A DNA stretch of 64,000 nt from Octopus sinensis (taxonomy: Eukaryota). The stretch's first letter is position 1. Each line of letters begins with the position of its first letter. Below are positions 27,213-39,727 of this stretch, one piece after another. The notes below the pieces were generated by a model that had not been told where the DNA came from, ran no database searches, and saw nothing but the letters and a program-made list of their open reading frames with translations. The stretch spans positions 10,850,001-10,914,000 of the forward strand of contig NC_042997.1 of assembly GCF_006345805.1 (NCBI RefSeq), written 5' to 3'. The translations under genes and the position numbers were made by a program.

Positions 27213-27528
27213 TGTATAGCAGTTAAAGTTCCAATCCCACCAGGGTTGAATTGGCTTATAATGTTTTCGGAATCGATAAATGAAATAGTCTAAGGCTGAT
27301 GGACTGGTTATAAACTCTGAAAGCGTCGGACGTGTTCTAATTCCCCCCACACGATTTCACAACCGAGTCAAAAGACCAGGACTAATCAACTAACTACGCC
27401 CCCCCCCACCCCACCCCACCCCACCCCACCCACAAATGATTATGAAATGATATGATTGGCACTATTTGATATGTGTGTGCGTGCGTGTGTCTGTGTAAAT
27501 TAACAGAATGAGATATCTCATTGTTAAA

Positions 27529-27931
27529 TCTTTATATATAAAAGTCAAGCTGTGTGTCGTCTGTCTCCTACGATTTAGATTCCTAACTACTCCCACATTT
27601 TGCGGTGCAGTGTAACCAAAAGCGAGTATCTTATAGTCGTGATTCATATCGAGCCCTTCTGGGTACTAGCGCGCGTCTACGATGAGTCTACGATTTTAAA
27701 AACAATTTACCATCATTTTTTTCCATTTTAATGCATTTTTTCGCTATTATATAAGGGAAGTAACTCTCTAAAAATGTCTACGATGAGTCAACGATTTTTA
27801 AAAAAATTTACCATCATTTTTTTCCATTTTTAATGCATTTTTTTTTTGCTATTTTTTGGCTATAACTCTCTAAAAATGCTTATATAGTTATTTCCCTTAC
27901 AAACCCGAGCAACGCCGGGCGATACTGCTAG
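27529..27931 (+). mobile_element. Non-autonomous Helitron
   Basis: A|TC...CTAG|T termini, a GC hairpin cccgagcaacgccggg (27904-27919) just before CTAG, and an internal ~100-bp tandem duplication. Confidence 0.85.
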
Positions 27932-28080
27932 TTTTATATATGCATGCTAAAACACGACCTACGATGGACTCCTCATTCGTATCATTATCGAACTTGGAGC
28001 TTAACTATAGTCTGTACATAGCACTTACTCAGCATTACCCGACACCTTGGGTCTTCTTGATACCAATATCTCTCATACCC

Positions 28081-28185
<105 letters not shown>

Positions 28186-31100
28186 AATAGACTAAGCTGA
28201 GCAGGAGCACACACGAGGTCGGAAAGTGTCGCTCAAGAGGTCACAGATGTGTGATGAAAGATTTCCGGACAATGGACAGGAGTTAAAATAAGAACAGTAA
28301 TAAACGAGTGAAGAACAAATATATAGTTTATTTGGGCAAAAAAAAAGAAAATTATCGTCCCGAAATAGAACAATATCTGTTTCAACACACGGTTTCACAT
28401 CAGGAATCTTACAATAAACCACTTGGTTTCAGATTCGCTCTCACTGTGAGGCAAGTGTTGACGAGCTTCGAATATACTGACTTGAGAATGTAATATAGCT
28501 TTGGGTGCGACCTTACTGAAGGGAGATAACTCTCCGAAATTAAGTTGACTAATTTGATGACATCTATAAATTGGAAACTCGACTTTGTATTAATCTCGTT
28601 TCAATAACTAAACCTCATTAAAATCTGAATCGAATAAAAATATATACATACATGGATTGTACTTGGAATTTATAAGGTGAAACCTTCAACACATAGTTTC
28701 ACGCTTTATCTAAGGGAGAAATGTCTGCAGTAGACTCAGTCACTATAAATCAATGAGTAAGAAGCTTTGTTGATTTCATACTATTATCAATTATTACTGA
28801 TACAAAGTTTTGCAGCAAAATTTTTTTTTTCAGGATAATGAAGCATCAAAGTGGAAAAAGCAATGCTTTACAACTGTTCTCACCTTCCTATAAGATGTCC
28901 CCTTCAAGAAACATGCTGAGAGTGGAGGGCGAAAAGCTTTGTCATATTTTGTACAATTTTAATTACTTTGATGTCTAGTTCTGCTGAGTTAGACTTTGCC
29001 TTTCAACCTTGAAGATCAATAAAGTAAGTACCAACAATATACTGAAATGTATTCAACATTACTGTTTCACTTACAGAAAATGTGCTTGTACCTGGCAAAA
29101 ACAAACCAATAATGAAAATAATATTGGCTTCACCTTTTGACAAAAGGCTAGCAGTTTCTGAGGAGGGGTAAGTCAATTATATTGACCCCAGTGCGAGCTG
29201 GCAGAATCGTTAGCACGCCGGGCGAAATGCGTAGCCATATTTCGTCTGTCATTACGTTCTGAGTTCAAATTCCGCCAAGGTCGACTTTGCCTTTCATCCT
29301 CTCGGGGTCGATAAATAAAGTACCAGTTTCGCACTGGGTCGATGTAATCGACTTAATCCCTTTGTCTTTCCTTGTTTGTCCCCTCTATGTTTAGCCCTTG
29401 TGGGTAGTAAAGAAATATATATTGACCCCAGTGCTGAACCCCAAAGGATGAAAAGCAACGTCGACCTCAGCAGAATCAGAACAGAGTGACTGACGAAATG
29501 TTGCTAAGCATTTTGCCCAGCATGCTAACAATTCTGCCAATGCACTGCCCAACTGTAAATACATATTGCTTTATCTTAAGTGCCAACAGTAGCATCTTAG
29601 AATTGATTTAATTCTCAGTGAATTTTAATTTAGTGATAGTTATATAATTTCTCGTACAACCTTGAGAAGAGTGTGTAAGTCACAATCTCATTTTTATTTC
29701 CATATAAATACAAGGGAAACATAGATGGTTAAATCAGTTATTCTGGACAACCAAAAAGGTCAGCATTTAATTTCTTGTCACTATCACTGGGTTGTTTGTA
29801 GCCAAGAAACCTTACTCTCCAGTAGCCAAACCTACCGACCTCTAAGTTGATACTACAAGTGAATGCCTGAATGCCCCACCTATCTGGAACCATACTGCTG
29901 CTACACAAAATCTAAGATAATATCTAAAAAGGATCTCTAGCTGATTGGAAAATGTCACACAAATGCTCACCTTTTCTACCAGACCTTCAATAACACTCTA
30001 TTTGTCTGACCTAAAAAACTGCATACCATCTCTCCTGAAGCCCACTTTGAACACCCTGTACTCTCTTTCTCACCATCACAAACCACACACCAAACACTTC
30101 ATTCAACCCTTTCTTCTTAGAAATTTGTCCAGCCAAAATTCTATCCTTTTCCACTTACTTCCTACAAGGGTCAATCTATATGAGTTGCATGACCATACTA
30201 CTCCAAGAGAGCCTGAAAAGTTAATTGGCACTGCCCTTCCAACAGAACTTTTGAAAAATTTATTGCTTACACAGCAATATTGCAGTAGAATTTGCAATTA
30301 GTATGTTGGTTTGTAGTACTGAGTTCACTACCTTTGGTGGTGTAGGTCTTATCTGCTTCAAAACACAGAAACTGGAAAGAATCTAGATGAGAAATCAATG
30401 TTACACTAAGAAACAAATGGTTTAAAAACAGTTGCATGTGTTAGGATCTTGATGCAATTCCTAAGATGACGTATGATGTACATTTCAAAATTAAGGAATT
30501 AAAGAGCATGAGATCAAATGCTATTCAAAGTAGATTACCCTTCATTTTCCATTTTCATTGTAGATTTATTTTTTAAGGAAAACAGCCACTTGTAACAGTG
30601 AATTTTCTAATAATTCATGTAAATATCTGGTAACTAAGATAACACATTAAGTCAACTAAAACACTACTATCTTAAGAAATATAGATAATCTGCAATAAAA
30701 TATATTTGAAAACGAAATGAGATGGTTCACATCTCAAACCCATTGATCACAGGTCTGCTGAATTAGAACTAATCTGAAGACCAAAATATATACCTACAAC
30801 ATAACACATACATCACATAACAGTGTTAAAGACAAATATAAAAATAGTTTAAATGAAACATACAAACTGCAAAGCATCTCGCATTAATAACTCTTTACAT
30901 TTTTTTTTATTAATAAAATCAAGAATTTAAATTCTGTATAAATGTTTAGAATGTTATCAACCAAGTTGTCAAAAAAAATAAAATTAGTATTTTCTGATAA
31001 TTTCAACCAATACTTTTAGTAAAGATATTTATTTATAACATTTATCCTATGATTTTTAACAAAGACTAATAAATGCTACAGCCATCTAACTCAGAAATAT

Positions 31101-32577
31101 GCATATTAAAAAGCTGCAAACAAAATTAAAGTTCCATTACATCTTATAGCTATTTAGCAATTTAACTTTATTACTAGCTTAAATTCAAAATATATGAAAA
31201 ATGAATCTGGAATATTTTAGAAGCTTCAAAGCTGAGAAGACAAGCTTTTAATATGCAACCTGATTACAAAGAAACCTAAAATCAGGTTGTAAAATGTGAA
31301 ATGACTTGTTTTCTTCATGCTGAAGCCTGATATTTTGTTAAATGCATTTACATATGTGAAAAAAATTATATATTCTAAACTTCTATCATTTTGTTTTGAT
31401 GACAGTTATGATTAGATTCATGTAGAAATGCCTAAAACACTATTGCATTTTTGGGGTTTGTAAATTATGCAAAAATTATTTCAATTATAATAACTAATAT
31501 TGCAAAACAAGAAATATTTGCTCACATGTCTGAGAGAGCACTTCTGATACACAGCCAAGCATCTTAAACCACATTCAGATGAATCATGGAACGTGTTTCC
31601 GCCATGTGCTGTATCATCTTTCTGCCTCTTTTACCATTAATACTACTACAGCTTCAGCACCTCTGGATTAGTAAACTGCATACTGCTACACCCAAGCCTG
31701 TCCAATGTAAACTGCCTTTCTCCCTATCATTGCTGATAGGTTTCACTCTCTAAACTATACATTTCACTGAATATTTCTTCACCAGAAATATAGCTTTCTG
31801 GAATCCTTCCTAATAATTTTTTTTTTTTTTTAACTTTTTTACAAGCATCATCCTACAGAATGTCATGCTGACATCAACCACAGCAATAGTATGAGTCTGT
31901 AAGAGCCTACAAAAATCATCTGTGATGCCACTCCTGCACCACTAACAAGAGAAAAAAAAACAGAGCATAAAATAAACATTTCACATACAAAAACAGCAGT
32001 TGAATTTGTTCATTCAAAGAAAATCTGTTGGAGGTATTTTCCAAAGAGTCTTATAAATATATTGCTGACATTTTAATTGATTCCTGATTCAGTAACAATT
32101 AGAAAAGTTTCAAATGGATATAATCTTCCTCTCAGTGAACCACACAAATGAAAAGTAAATGAAAATTAAACTTTAAGCACCATAAACCTATTGAAATAAA
32201 CTGATAATTAAAAAAAACTAAAACATATAAAAATATTAGATGAAAAAATTATTTAGAAAAGTTTACTCTAAATTTAAAAAAAAAAAAAAAAAGATACATA
32301 TCATAAAGCTAATTAATGAATTTCTGAATAAAAATATTACCATCCTGAAAATAAATTTATCTATAAGCAACCTGATTTTTCAGAGCAATGACTTGGTTCA
32401 ATAAACCAAAAGTAGTATAGGTAGTGATGCCAAAGGTAACAAACTCAGAACAAATCAAATGTTTACATTTGATTCCATTAGGACATTAGCAGTTCAAATC
32501 TGATAATCCTGGAAACAATCAACAAACCTAAATGCTATTAAATAATAATAAATGATTTTGCTAGCTAAATTGATAGG

Positions 32578-32897
32578 TCAAGATACTTCTGCAGTTGGTG
32601 GCAATGGTGTTGAAGTCACATCAGTCTGAGGCTCATCCTTATTTTCAACATTTTCTAATTTTTTAGAGTCACTTTCTGGTACTTCCTCCTCATCTTTACT
32701 TGGATAAAGATCAGGGTATTCGCTCATACATTCTTGCATTGTTTTGAAGGCATCATAGCACTCAGAACCTTTTGGTTGCAATTCACTATAGTGGAAACAG
32801 GAAAATGCTTCTCGGAATTGTACACCACAAGGACCTGAAGCCATACCACCAAGACAGGGACAATTCCAGTTGATGCTTCCATCTTTAAGAATCAATC
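32578..32897 (-). CDS. CHCHD4: CHCHD4/MIA40 coding exon 3 with CPC redox motif and twin CX9C domain, to stop codon
   Basis: ttag|GA TTG ATT...; encodes [38 protein letters not shown]...[21 protein letters not shown] and an acidic tail. The spliced CDS is 435 nt, giving 144 aa plus stop. Confidence 0.98.
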
Positions 32898-33572
32898 CTA
32901 AAATCAAGAAAAAATAGATATGTATGAAACTATAACAGCAACATATAAAGGAAAATTGTTCTAAAAGCTCAAACACAGAAAATAAAATGTTTTGTTTTTC
33001 TATGGCAAAAGGAATTGATTCATGAACAGAAGTATCTGTATAACTTTGTGGTAAAATTGATCTCAGAACCATGTGGTTCTGTATAACAAATACATAGACT
33101 ACTAATTAAGAGCTGTTTTGTAGTTTACTAAGGAAGACGTCATTCTTCTTAAATTAAAGTGCAGCTTATTTGCTTTATTTACATATTAAAAGCTTTTACT
33201 TTACATAAACTGTTTCATTCAAAACTATGACTGCAGAGTCAAAACTTTAATGCTTATTACAGTCATTATACTGTCTCCTCAATCAAACTTCTTAACTACA
33301 CAGGTATGTCTCTAAGAAACAAATCTGACAGGCTTTCTTGTAGTCTGTTTGTCTGATAGCAAATTTTATTCCTATAGGAATAACTATGTGGTTAAAAAGC
33401 TTACTTTAGAACCACATGGTTCTGAGATCAATTTCACAACAATTTCAACTTGAGACAAATGCATTTTGCCATAACTTTGAACTAACAAGTGTCTTGTGAG
33501 TGGAATTTGGTAAACATAAACTCTTTAGAAATACATCATGAATGCATGATGAATGCATGTATGCATGTACAT

Positions 33573-33875
33573 CTGAGACCCCTCCTCGGTCATGACTGAC
33601 CATGGGATTGCACCTAGAAAGTTACCCTCCCAGGCACAAGTCCGGGCAAGGTTGTTTATGGAAGACCAGCAGTCGCCCATACATACCAGCCTCTCCTCAC
33701 CACGCCACCAGTGTTATCCAAGGGAAAGGCAAAGGCCGATACAGCTTGGCACCTGTGACGTCGCAACTCATTTCTACAGCTGAGTGAACTGGAGCAATGT
33801 GAAATAAAGTGTCTTGCTCATGAACACAACACGCAGCCCGGTCTGGGATTCGAACTCACAACCTCACAATCGTAA
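33573..33875 (-). mobile_element. SINE-D, 5'-truncated, with 10-bp TSD (MIA40 intron 2); related fragment ~55540-55690
   Basis: B box gagttcgaatccc, core gagcaagacactttatttcacattgctccagttcactcagctg; TSD gcatgtacat at 33563-33572 and 33876-33885. Confidence 0.85.
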
Positions 33876-34446
33876 GCATGTACATACATACATTCATCAT
33901 GCATGCACACACACACACATTCATTCACTCATTTAATGGATGGTTATGATTGATCTGAATCTAAACAGAAACATTTTTCTTTTTATAAAATGTTTTGTGA
34001 ACAATAACATCAGTGATTACACAGGTAAAGACAAACAAATTGGTATTCCAAGAGTGAATCCAAATCTGTGCTGAATCCAAATAAGTTTGTAACATCTTTT
34101 TATTAGGTCAGGTCTGTGTGGTATACAATTTCATTTTTAAAAACTCCGTCCTTGACAAAGAGTTACACATTTATCAAAATACAATAAAAAATACAAATTT
34201 GTTGCTTTCAGTAATGGGATTTCCCCAAAAGAAGTTTGTACTGAGTGTCTATACAACCCAAGCAGAACAACTACAGATTATTTTGGCTGGAAAGCACCAG
34301 TTTAACAGTTTTTCTAGTTGATACACATATGTATATATAAATACAAAAGTACATAAAAAACACTTGTATACACCATGTATATATCAAAAGGATGTATTAT
34401 AACCACTATTCCACAGCCATACCAACAATCCAATATATATATATAT

Positions 34447-34667
34447 CCCTTTAGTGTTCGCATTATTCTACCAAAACTAATTCTTTTTCATCCTCATTGC
34501 TTTGAATTAATCATGCATTATCTTGTAGCTTTGAGATTTTGATGAGGCAGCTGTTAATTTTTAAAACAATATTGTAGGGTTGGTGTGAGAATCCAGATCT
34601 GGCCAGTTTGAACATAAAACAGGCAGAATACTTTTGGCCGGATATGGCCAGTTTAAATGCTAAAGGG
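34447..34667. mobile_element. piggyBac-type MITE (CCCTTTAG...CTAAAGGG); second decayed copy ~35478-35680
   Basis: 8-bp TIRs starting with CCC, ATAT on both flanks; the internal sequence is shared between the two copies. Confidence 0.55.
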
Positions 34668-34718
34668 ATATACACACACACACCTTTTTTATTTTCTCTA
34701 CCTGTTTATTTCTGTGTT

Positions 34719-34756
34719 CTTTTCTGTCGAAGAGTGTAGGCTCGAAACATAAAAGA
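34719..34756 (+). ncRNA. Hammerhead-like motif (family C) with variant core CUGUCGA, inside repeat ~34690-34850 (MIA40 intron 2)
   Basis: CUUUU-CUGUCGA-A-GAGU(GUAG)GCUC-GAAAC-AUA-AAAGA; the downstream sequence aligns by eye with the 4113 and 7022 copies. Confidence 0.5.
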
Positions 34757-35852
34757 CTTTCTCACTTCCCGGACGTTAAACTAATACATCTGTTTGTTGT
34801 TTACACACCCGTCATCATCTTTTGTTTTTTTTGTAAATTCTCACTATAATATATATATATATATATATATAGACATGTATATATATATACATATATATAT
34901 ATACACACACACACACATATATACACAAAAGTGTGCATATCTTATGCCAATATATATCATAAACAAAATAAACACACATGTGCATATATATATATATATA
35001 TATCATCATCATCATCGGTATGGTATGGGTTGGATGGTTTGACTGAAGTCTGGAGAGCCACTGGCTGCACCAGGCTCTAATCTGATCTGGCAATCTTTCT
35101 ACAGTTGGATGCCTTTCCTAACACCAACCACTCCGAGAGTGTAGTGGGTGCTTTTTACATGCCCATTGTGTGTATACATACACACACAAGATGAGCTTCT
35201 GCACAAGTTCCATATATTGAATTCCACTTACAAGGCATTGGTGAACTTAAAGCAATAATAGAAGTTACTTGCACATGATGTGCAGTGCAATAGGACCCAA
35301 CTTCTAGAGTTACAAAGTTAACGACACAGCCATGCTGCACCTATACTAACAAGCAAACACCTAGGTTTATCTATACATTAGAAACATACAATAGATTTAG
35401 TTCTTAACTCCTGTATATTAAAATTATTCAAAACTGTTCAAATTTAAATAAATAATTAAAACAGGTTTTCAACAAGAAAGCATTCAGATTATTTGGTCAA
35501 CTGCAATGCTTATTTATTCACATTGTTTTGAATTAATTATGCATTATCTCATAGCTTTGAGATTTTGATAGTGTGGTTGTTGATTTTTAGACATTGTAGG
35601 GTGTGTGAGAAACCAGATCCGGCCAGTTTGAACATAAAACAGTTTGGATATTTTGGCCAGATATGGCTGGTTTAAATAGCAGACAAACAAGAATCATTAA
35701 TTCCATGAAAGTGTCGCAAACATCCTTTATGAGCAAAATTTGACTAAACTAAAACAAAAAATCCCTTCAAAATACTTCATCTGGGTTGCAGCAATATCTG
35801 AAATAAGAAAATTCAATAATAAAATAATTAGAGTGACTACAATTAAAGTTAC

Positions 35853-35945
35853 CTGGTTCTTCATCTTCATCAGTAGCTGATGCTACAAGTGCTGTGCTGG
35901 GTTTCTCATAATCTTCTTTTGTAACAAAAATTATTTGATCTTTCC
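35853..35945 (-). CDS. CHCHD4: CHCHD4/MIA40 coding exon 2 (GKDQIIFVTKEDYEKPSTALVASATDEDEEP+G)
   Basis: ag|GG AAA GAT...CCA G|gtaac; 93 nt, phase 1-1. Matches the conserved KDxIIFVTKED motif. Confidence 0.95.
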
Positions 35946-36849
35946 CTTTAAAAAAGAAATAGAACAGCTATAATTAATATTTATCAAGCAATTAGAAAAC
36001 TAATTCAAATTACATTACAGTGCTAAAAATAACTTTAAATATGCAAAGCAAATTGTTCAATAAATTCATTTTTCTTACAGTGTTTAATATAGCTCAAATT
36101 GCCTGTATCACTCAAAGTTTTGTAGTTGAAACCTTTATGCTTCAAGAGAAAAATTTAAAAATTCATGTACTGACTGAATTTTATTTTGTTGAGTAAATTC
36201 CACACAGTAAAAATGGGCTCCATGTGATTCTACCCTAAGACCTGATTTTTATTCTTGATTACCATTTTATCTTATAGCACAAATACTTTGAAGAACAGCA
36301 TGAACAATACAATCCCTTCTCTTACAAATTTAAAGACAAGAGCAAACCTGGGGAAAACTATAGGAAGCTACTCAATACTACAAACATACTATGGCATCAT
36401 AGTATGCTTCATCTAAAACCTGGTATGCTACTAGAATAATAAAGCATAAACATGTGTTTACAGTATTTAGTTTGTTTTGAACTCAAGTCCTGCCGAGGTA
36501 GTCAAATCGTTCCTTCATCCTTCAAGATGTTCTTAGCAAATCAGATTGGAGCCTGATGCAGCCTTCCAGCTTGCCAATTCTCAATCAAACCATCAAACCC
36601 ATGCCAGCATGAAAAGCGGATGTTAAACAACAATGCTGATGACAAGAAATTATAACAGAAGGGTGCTCCTTCAGTTTTGAACTACAAGAGAGTGCGGTCA
36701 CAGCAAGGCTGCATCAGGCTCCAATCTGATTTGGTAAGAACACTGGTATATAAATAACACATGCATGAGGTGAATGAATTATGCATATGTACATGTGTGT
36801 GTGTGTGTATTATCTCTGTGTGTGTAAGCAGGGGATGGGGGATTGAATG

Positions 36850-37470
36850 ATGCTACATGCCAATTCTGTCAAGCCACAAGGAAGGTAAACATAGCAGCAC
36901 AAACAAGTGCTTAAAGAGATCTCGCATGTGATTTGCACAACAAGAGGGAAGACAATGACATGAGAAGTGCCAACAGTGTTCTATACAGCAGGGAGCAAAA
37001 AATTTGTGTCCTGGAACAGCTGTGCCAATTGGATCCTAGAGGCAAGGTCTACTGGATGGAGTGAATGATTGGGTTGTGCTCAGCAGACCTTCCATGGAAG
37101 AATCACTCAAATATTATCAACAAGAATGGTATGAGACCAAACATTATATTAACTTTCATCAAAACAAGTGATTCTGACTGAGCTCAGTGTGTCATTTAAA
37201 AACAGAACGGAGGAAGCTCAGATCCACAAGACTGAAGAATTTGACAGTTTAGCCATCAGACTGAGAGAATCTGGCTTTCAAAGCAAAGTCCTTGACATAG
37301 AGATTGGTTCAAAAGGGTCTGTGGTTAAAACTGCATGTGATCTCATAAAGCAGTTCTCTATTTCTGGAAGAAAGGAAACCCGAGCACCAAGTAATGGCAG
37401 AAATAGCCGAGAAGAGTTCCAACTGACTCTAATCAAGGAGAAAAGAATGTGAATTTCAAAAGGCGTAATT
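36850..37470 (+). mobile_element. RLE-type non-LTR retrotransposon 3' fragment (Hero-like), MIA40 intron 1
   Basis: QGR*T*QHKQVLKEI, GMRPNIIL and ILTELSV..KNRTEEAQIHKTEEFDSLA...IEIGSKG follow the QGRYTWRHNQVL / RPD..L / ELTVP.E / VEVGCRG pattern. Confidence 0.75.
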
Positions 37471-37485
37471 TACCAGATCTATTTG

Positions 37486-38275
37486 TGTTGTACCACACGT
37501 TCAACATACGATATAACAGGATAATAAATAACGTCCTTGCAAATCATTCTACTCAAGATACACAATATTTGTAATTACACTCAACAATACACAACTCTCG
37601 GCTTTAGACAGCTCACCAACTCTCTCTCCACACTCTCTGCACATGTCCATTTATATTGTGGCACAGTTCATTAGGAACAACACCTCCCCTTTTAGAGGTT
37701 GGCTTTGTCCTTTTTTTCTATTCATTTATTTATTCTTTTATTTTTATCATAATTTTATTCCTTTGGTGAGAAACTGTCATTTCCAGCATTTCTGTATATT
37801 TTCTTCTTCTGTGTGACCTACATGTTAGTTCTGCTTTCACTTGTGGTTCTGTCATACCATATATCCATTGGCTCATCTTGCCTTTCTTGATTTTTGGTAT
37901 ATCTTTTCTTTAATTGGTTTTACCGTGTACATCACATTACGCAGACGTCCAGTTATATTACCTTGTTCCCAGTCCTGTTTTCCATTTTTATACATTTAAA
38001 ATACACTTCGTCACCTGAGTTTAAAAATTTCATTTTACTTCCCAAATGTTGTATTTTCCATTTCCTACTTGGCAACAATTTGTCAAACACAGAACAAATT
38101 CTTTCATTAAATCATCTGTACCGAACAGATTGATTGTATTTTTAGATACCATTATTTTACTTTTCTGCATTATTTCTTTAAGTTTTATTTCTGGCGAAAT
38201 TTCACCCAAGAATTGAAATCGTTCCTCTGACATACCATGAGCTATCTTAGTAGTTTTTTTTTTTTTTCTCTTTTG
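37486..38275 (-). mobile_element. Internally deleted Gypsy element: protease-region and integrase C-terminal remnants, PPT and 197-bp 3' LTR (37486-37682)
   Basis: The LTR has TGTTG...CAACA ends, and the PPT aaaaggggagg (37683-37693) is immediately 5' of it. Peptides: IAHGMSEERFQFLGEI..NLFGTD and GDEVYFK.YKNGKQDWEQGNI.GRL.NVMYTV..NQLRKRY. Confidence 0.75.
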
Positions 38276-38279
38276 CATA

Positions 38280-39352
38280 CCAGCCTTCCCATCTTAATCC
38301 ATGTTGCTGTATTAATTATTGATACGTCTGAACTGGTATCTAATTGCATTTTCGTCTGAAAACCATTTTCAAGGGGAGGTGGTCTCCATTTTTCCATACA
38401 TGATCAGCTATACCCGATTTATCAATATCTCCTCATGCCACAGCTTTGCAGTGTTTGTCTACCCTTATTTTGAGGGGGCAGCATGTTTTGCCTTTGTATA
38501 ACTTACCACAGCTGCATGAGGTGGAGTACACGCAGTCTTTGGTCATATTCTCTTCTATTTGTGGTTTTACTCGAAGGAGATATTTGCGAAGTGTTGTATT
38601 ACTCTTGAATACTGTCCTGATGTCATATGGACCGCATATCTTTTGTATCTTTTCGGAGAGGCCTTTCACATAGGGTAGACAGACTGTGGACAGTTTATTG
38701 GCCTCATCCTGTCTCTTCTTCATAATCAGAGTGGATAGTATACTTTGGGGGTAGTTGTTGCTTAACAGATCATTATTGAGCTTGATCATTTCTTTGTGGT
38801 GTGTATCATGATCGCTACTTGTATTCTTTGCACAATGTTTTAGGCACTGAGCAATCCCTCTCTTTACACTGTATGGATGGTGGGAATTGCAGTTAAGGTA
38901 TCGTCCAGTAAAGATCGGCTTGCAGTATACGGATGCTCTGAATCCATACTTACTGCGTGTTATTAATATGTCCAGGAATGCCAGCTAATTGTCTTTTTCC
39001 TTTTCCATTGTTAACTGTATGGATGGCTTTATTGAGTTCACATGATCTAACAGCACTTGGACATCTTCCTAGTGGGGCCAGAGTATAAAGGTGTCAACAT
39101 GTCGTAGCCATAGTGATGGTTTTAGTGGTGTTGATCCTAAAGCCAAATTCTCAAAGTATTCCATGTATATATTGGTTATTACTGGTGATAATGGCAAACT
39201 CCTTTTGTTGATATATCTTGTCGATATATATAAGTGTCCATACTGAAGTATACCTTGTCGATATGTATCAGTGTCCTACTTCAGTATGGACACTGATATA
39301 TATCGACAAGAGGAGGGTTTAGCTATGGGTTTGCCATTATCGCCAGTAATAT
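38280..39352 (-). mobile_element. Penelope-like element: RT C-terminus plus GIY-YIG endonuclease, decayed, with inverted 5' end
   Basis: GLPLSPVITNIYMEYFE, WLRHVDT, LAFLDILI, YCKPIFTGRYLNCNSHHP, LPYVKGLSEKI and CVYSTSCSCGKLYKGKT..LKIRVDKH (GIY-YIG-like). Confidence 0.92.
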
Positions 39353-39645
39353 GGCATAGTGGTTAAGAGTGCAGGGTACTAACCCCAAGATTCCATGTTC
39401 AATTCCAAGCAGTGACCTGAACAATAACAATAATAATATGAATAAGAATAACATCGAAAAATACCTTAGGAATGAGAACTCAGGTTCGAAATTTCCCCAA
39501 GACACCTGAAGAAGGCTGGAGGGTATATCAGCCGAAATGTTGTGTTAACAGCAAACAAGATGAGGACAAATATCCATCAAATGTAAATAATGGAAATAAT
39601 ATAAATATTGTACACAATTCCTCATCTCTTAAATATAGAACTGTA
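39350..39645 (+). mobile_element. Composite SINE-like element: tRNA-like head + (AAT)n linker + hammerhead-bearing tail
   Basis: A box TGGCATAGTGG (39352-39362), B box GTTCAATTCC (39397-39406), then a tail shared with 39728-40410 and 40413-40575. Confidence 0.8.
39501..39546 (+). ncRNA. Minimal type I hammerhead motif (family D) in a tRNA-headed element
   Basis: GACAC-CUGAAGA-A-GGCUG(gagggtatat)CAGCC-GAAAU-GUU-GUGUU; stem III has no loop, so it would need to form between two molecules. Confidence 0.7.
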
Positions 39646-39727
39646 TAAATATGTGTAAACTGTAAATCGAGGGTGGGGGAGATTTTCATCTATCTATCTG
39701 TCGATCTAACTAATAAAACAAACTGAA

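Noticed and set aside
29945-30301. 118-aa ORF as a novel gene
   Set aside because: No splice or domain support; the opposite strand shows a decayed WYGH RTE-like motif.
32898-33072. N-terminal part of supplied ORF 32578..33072
   Set aside because: It is intronic read-through; the real exon starts at the acceptor at 32898 and splices in frame to exons 2 and 1.
38433-38435. In-frame TGA in the Penelope endonuclease region as possible selenocysteine (as in some Naiad PLEs)
   Set aside because: The position fits CGA-to-TGA CpG decay, and the element has other stops and frameshifts.
39350-39420. tRNA-like heads here and at 23182, 43716 and 49890 as tRNA genes
   Set aside because: The acceptor and T stems are incomplete, and the heads are fused to repeat bodies; they are SINE heads.
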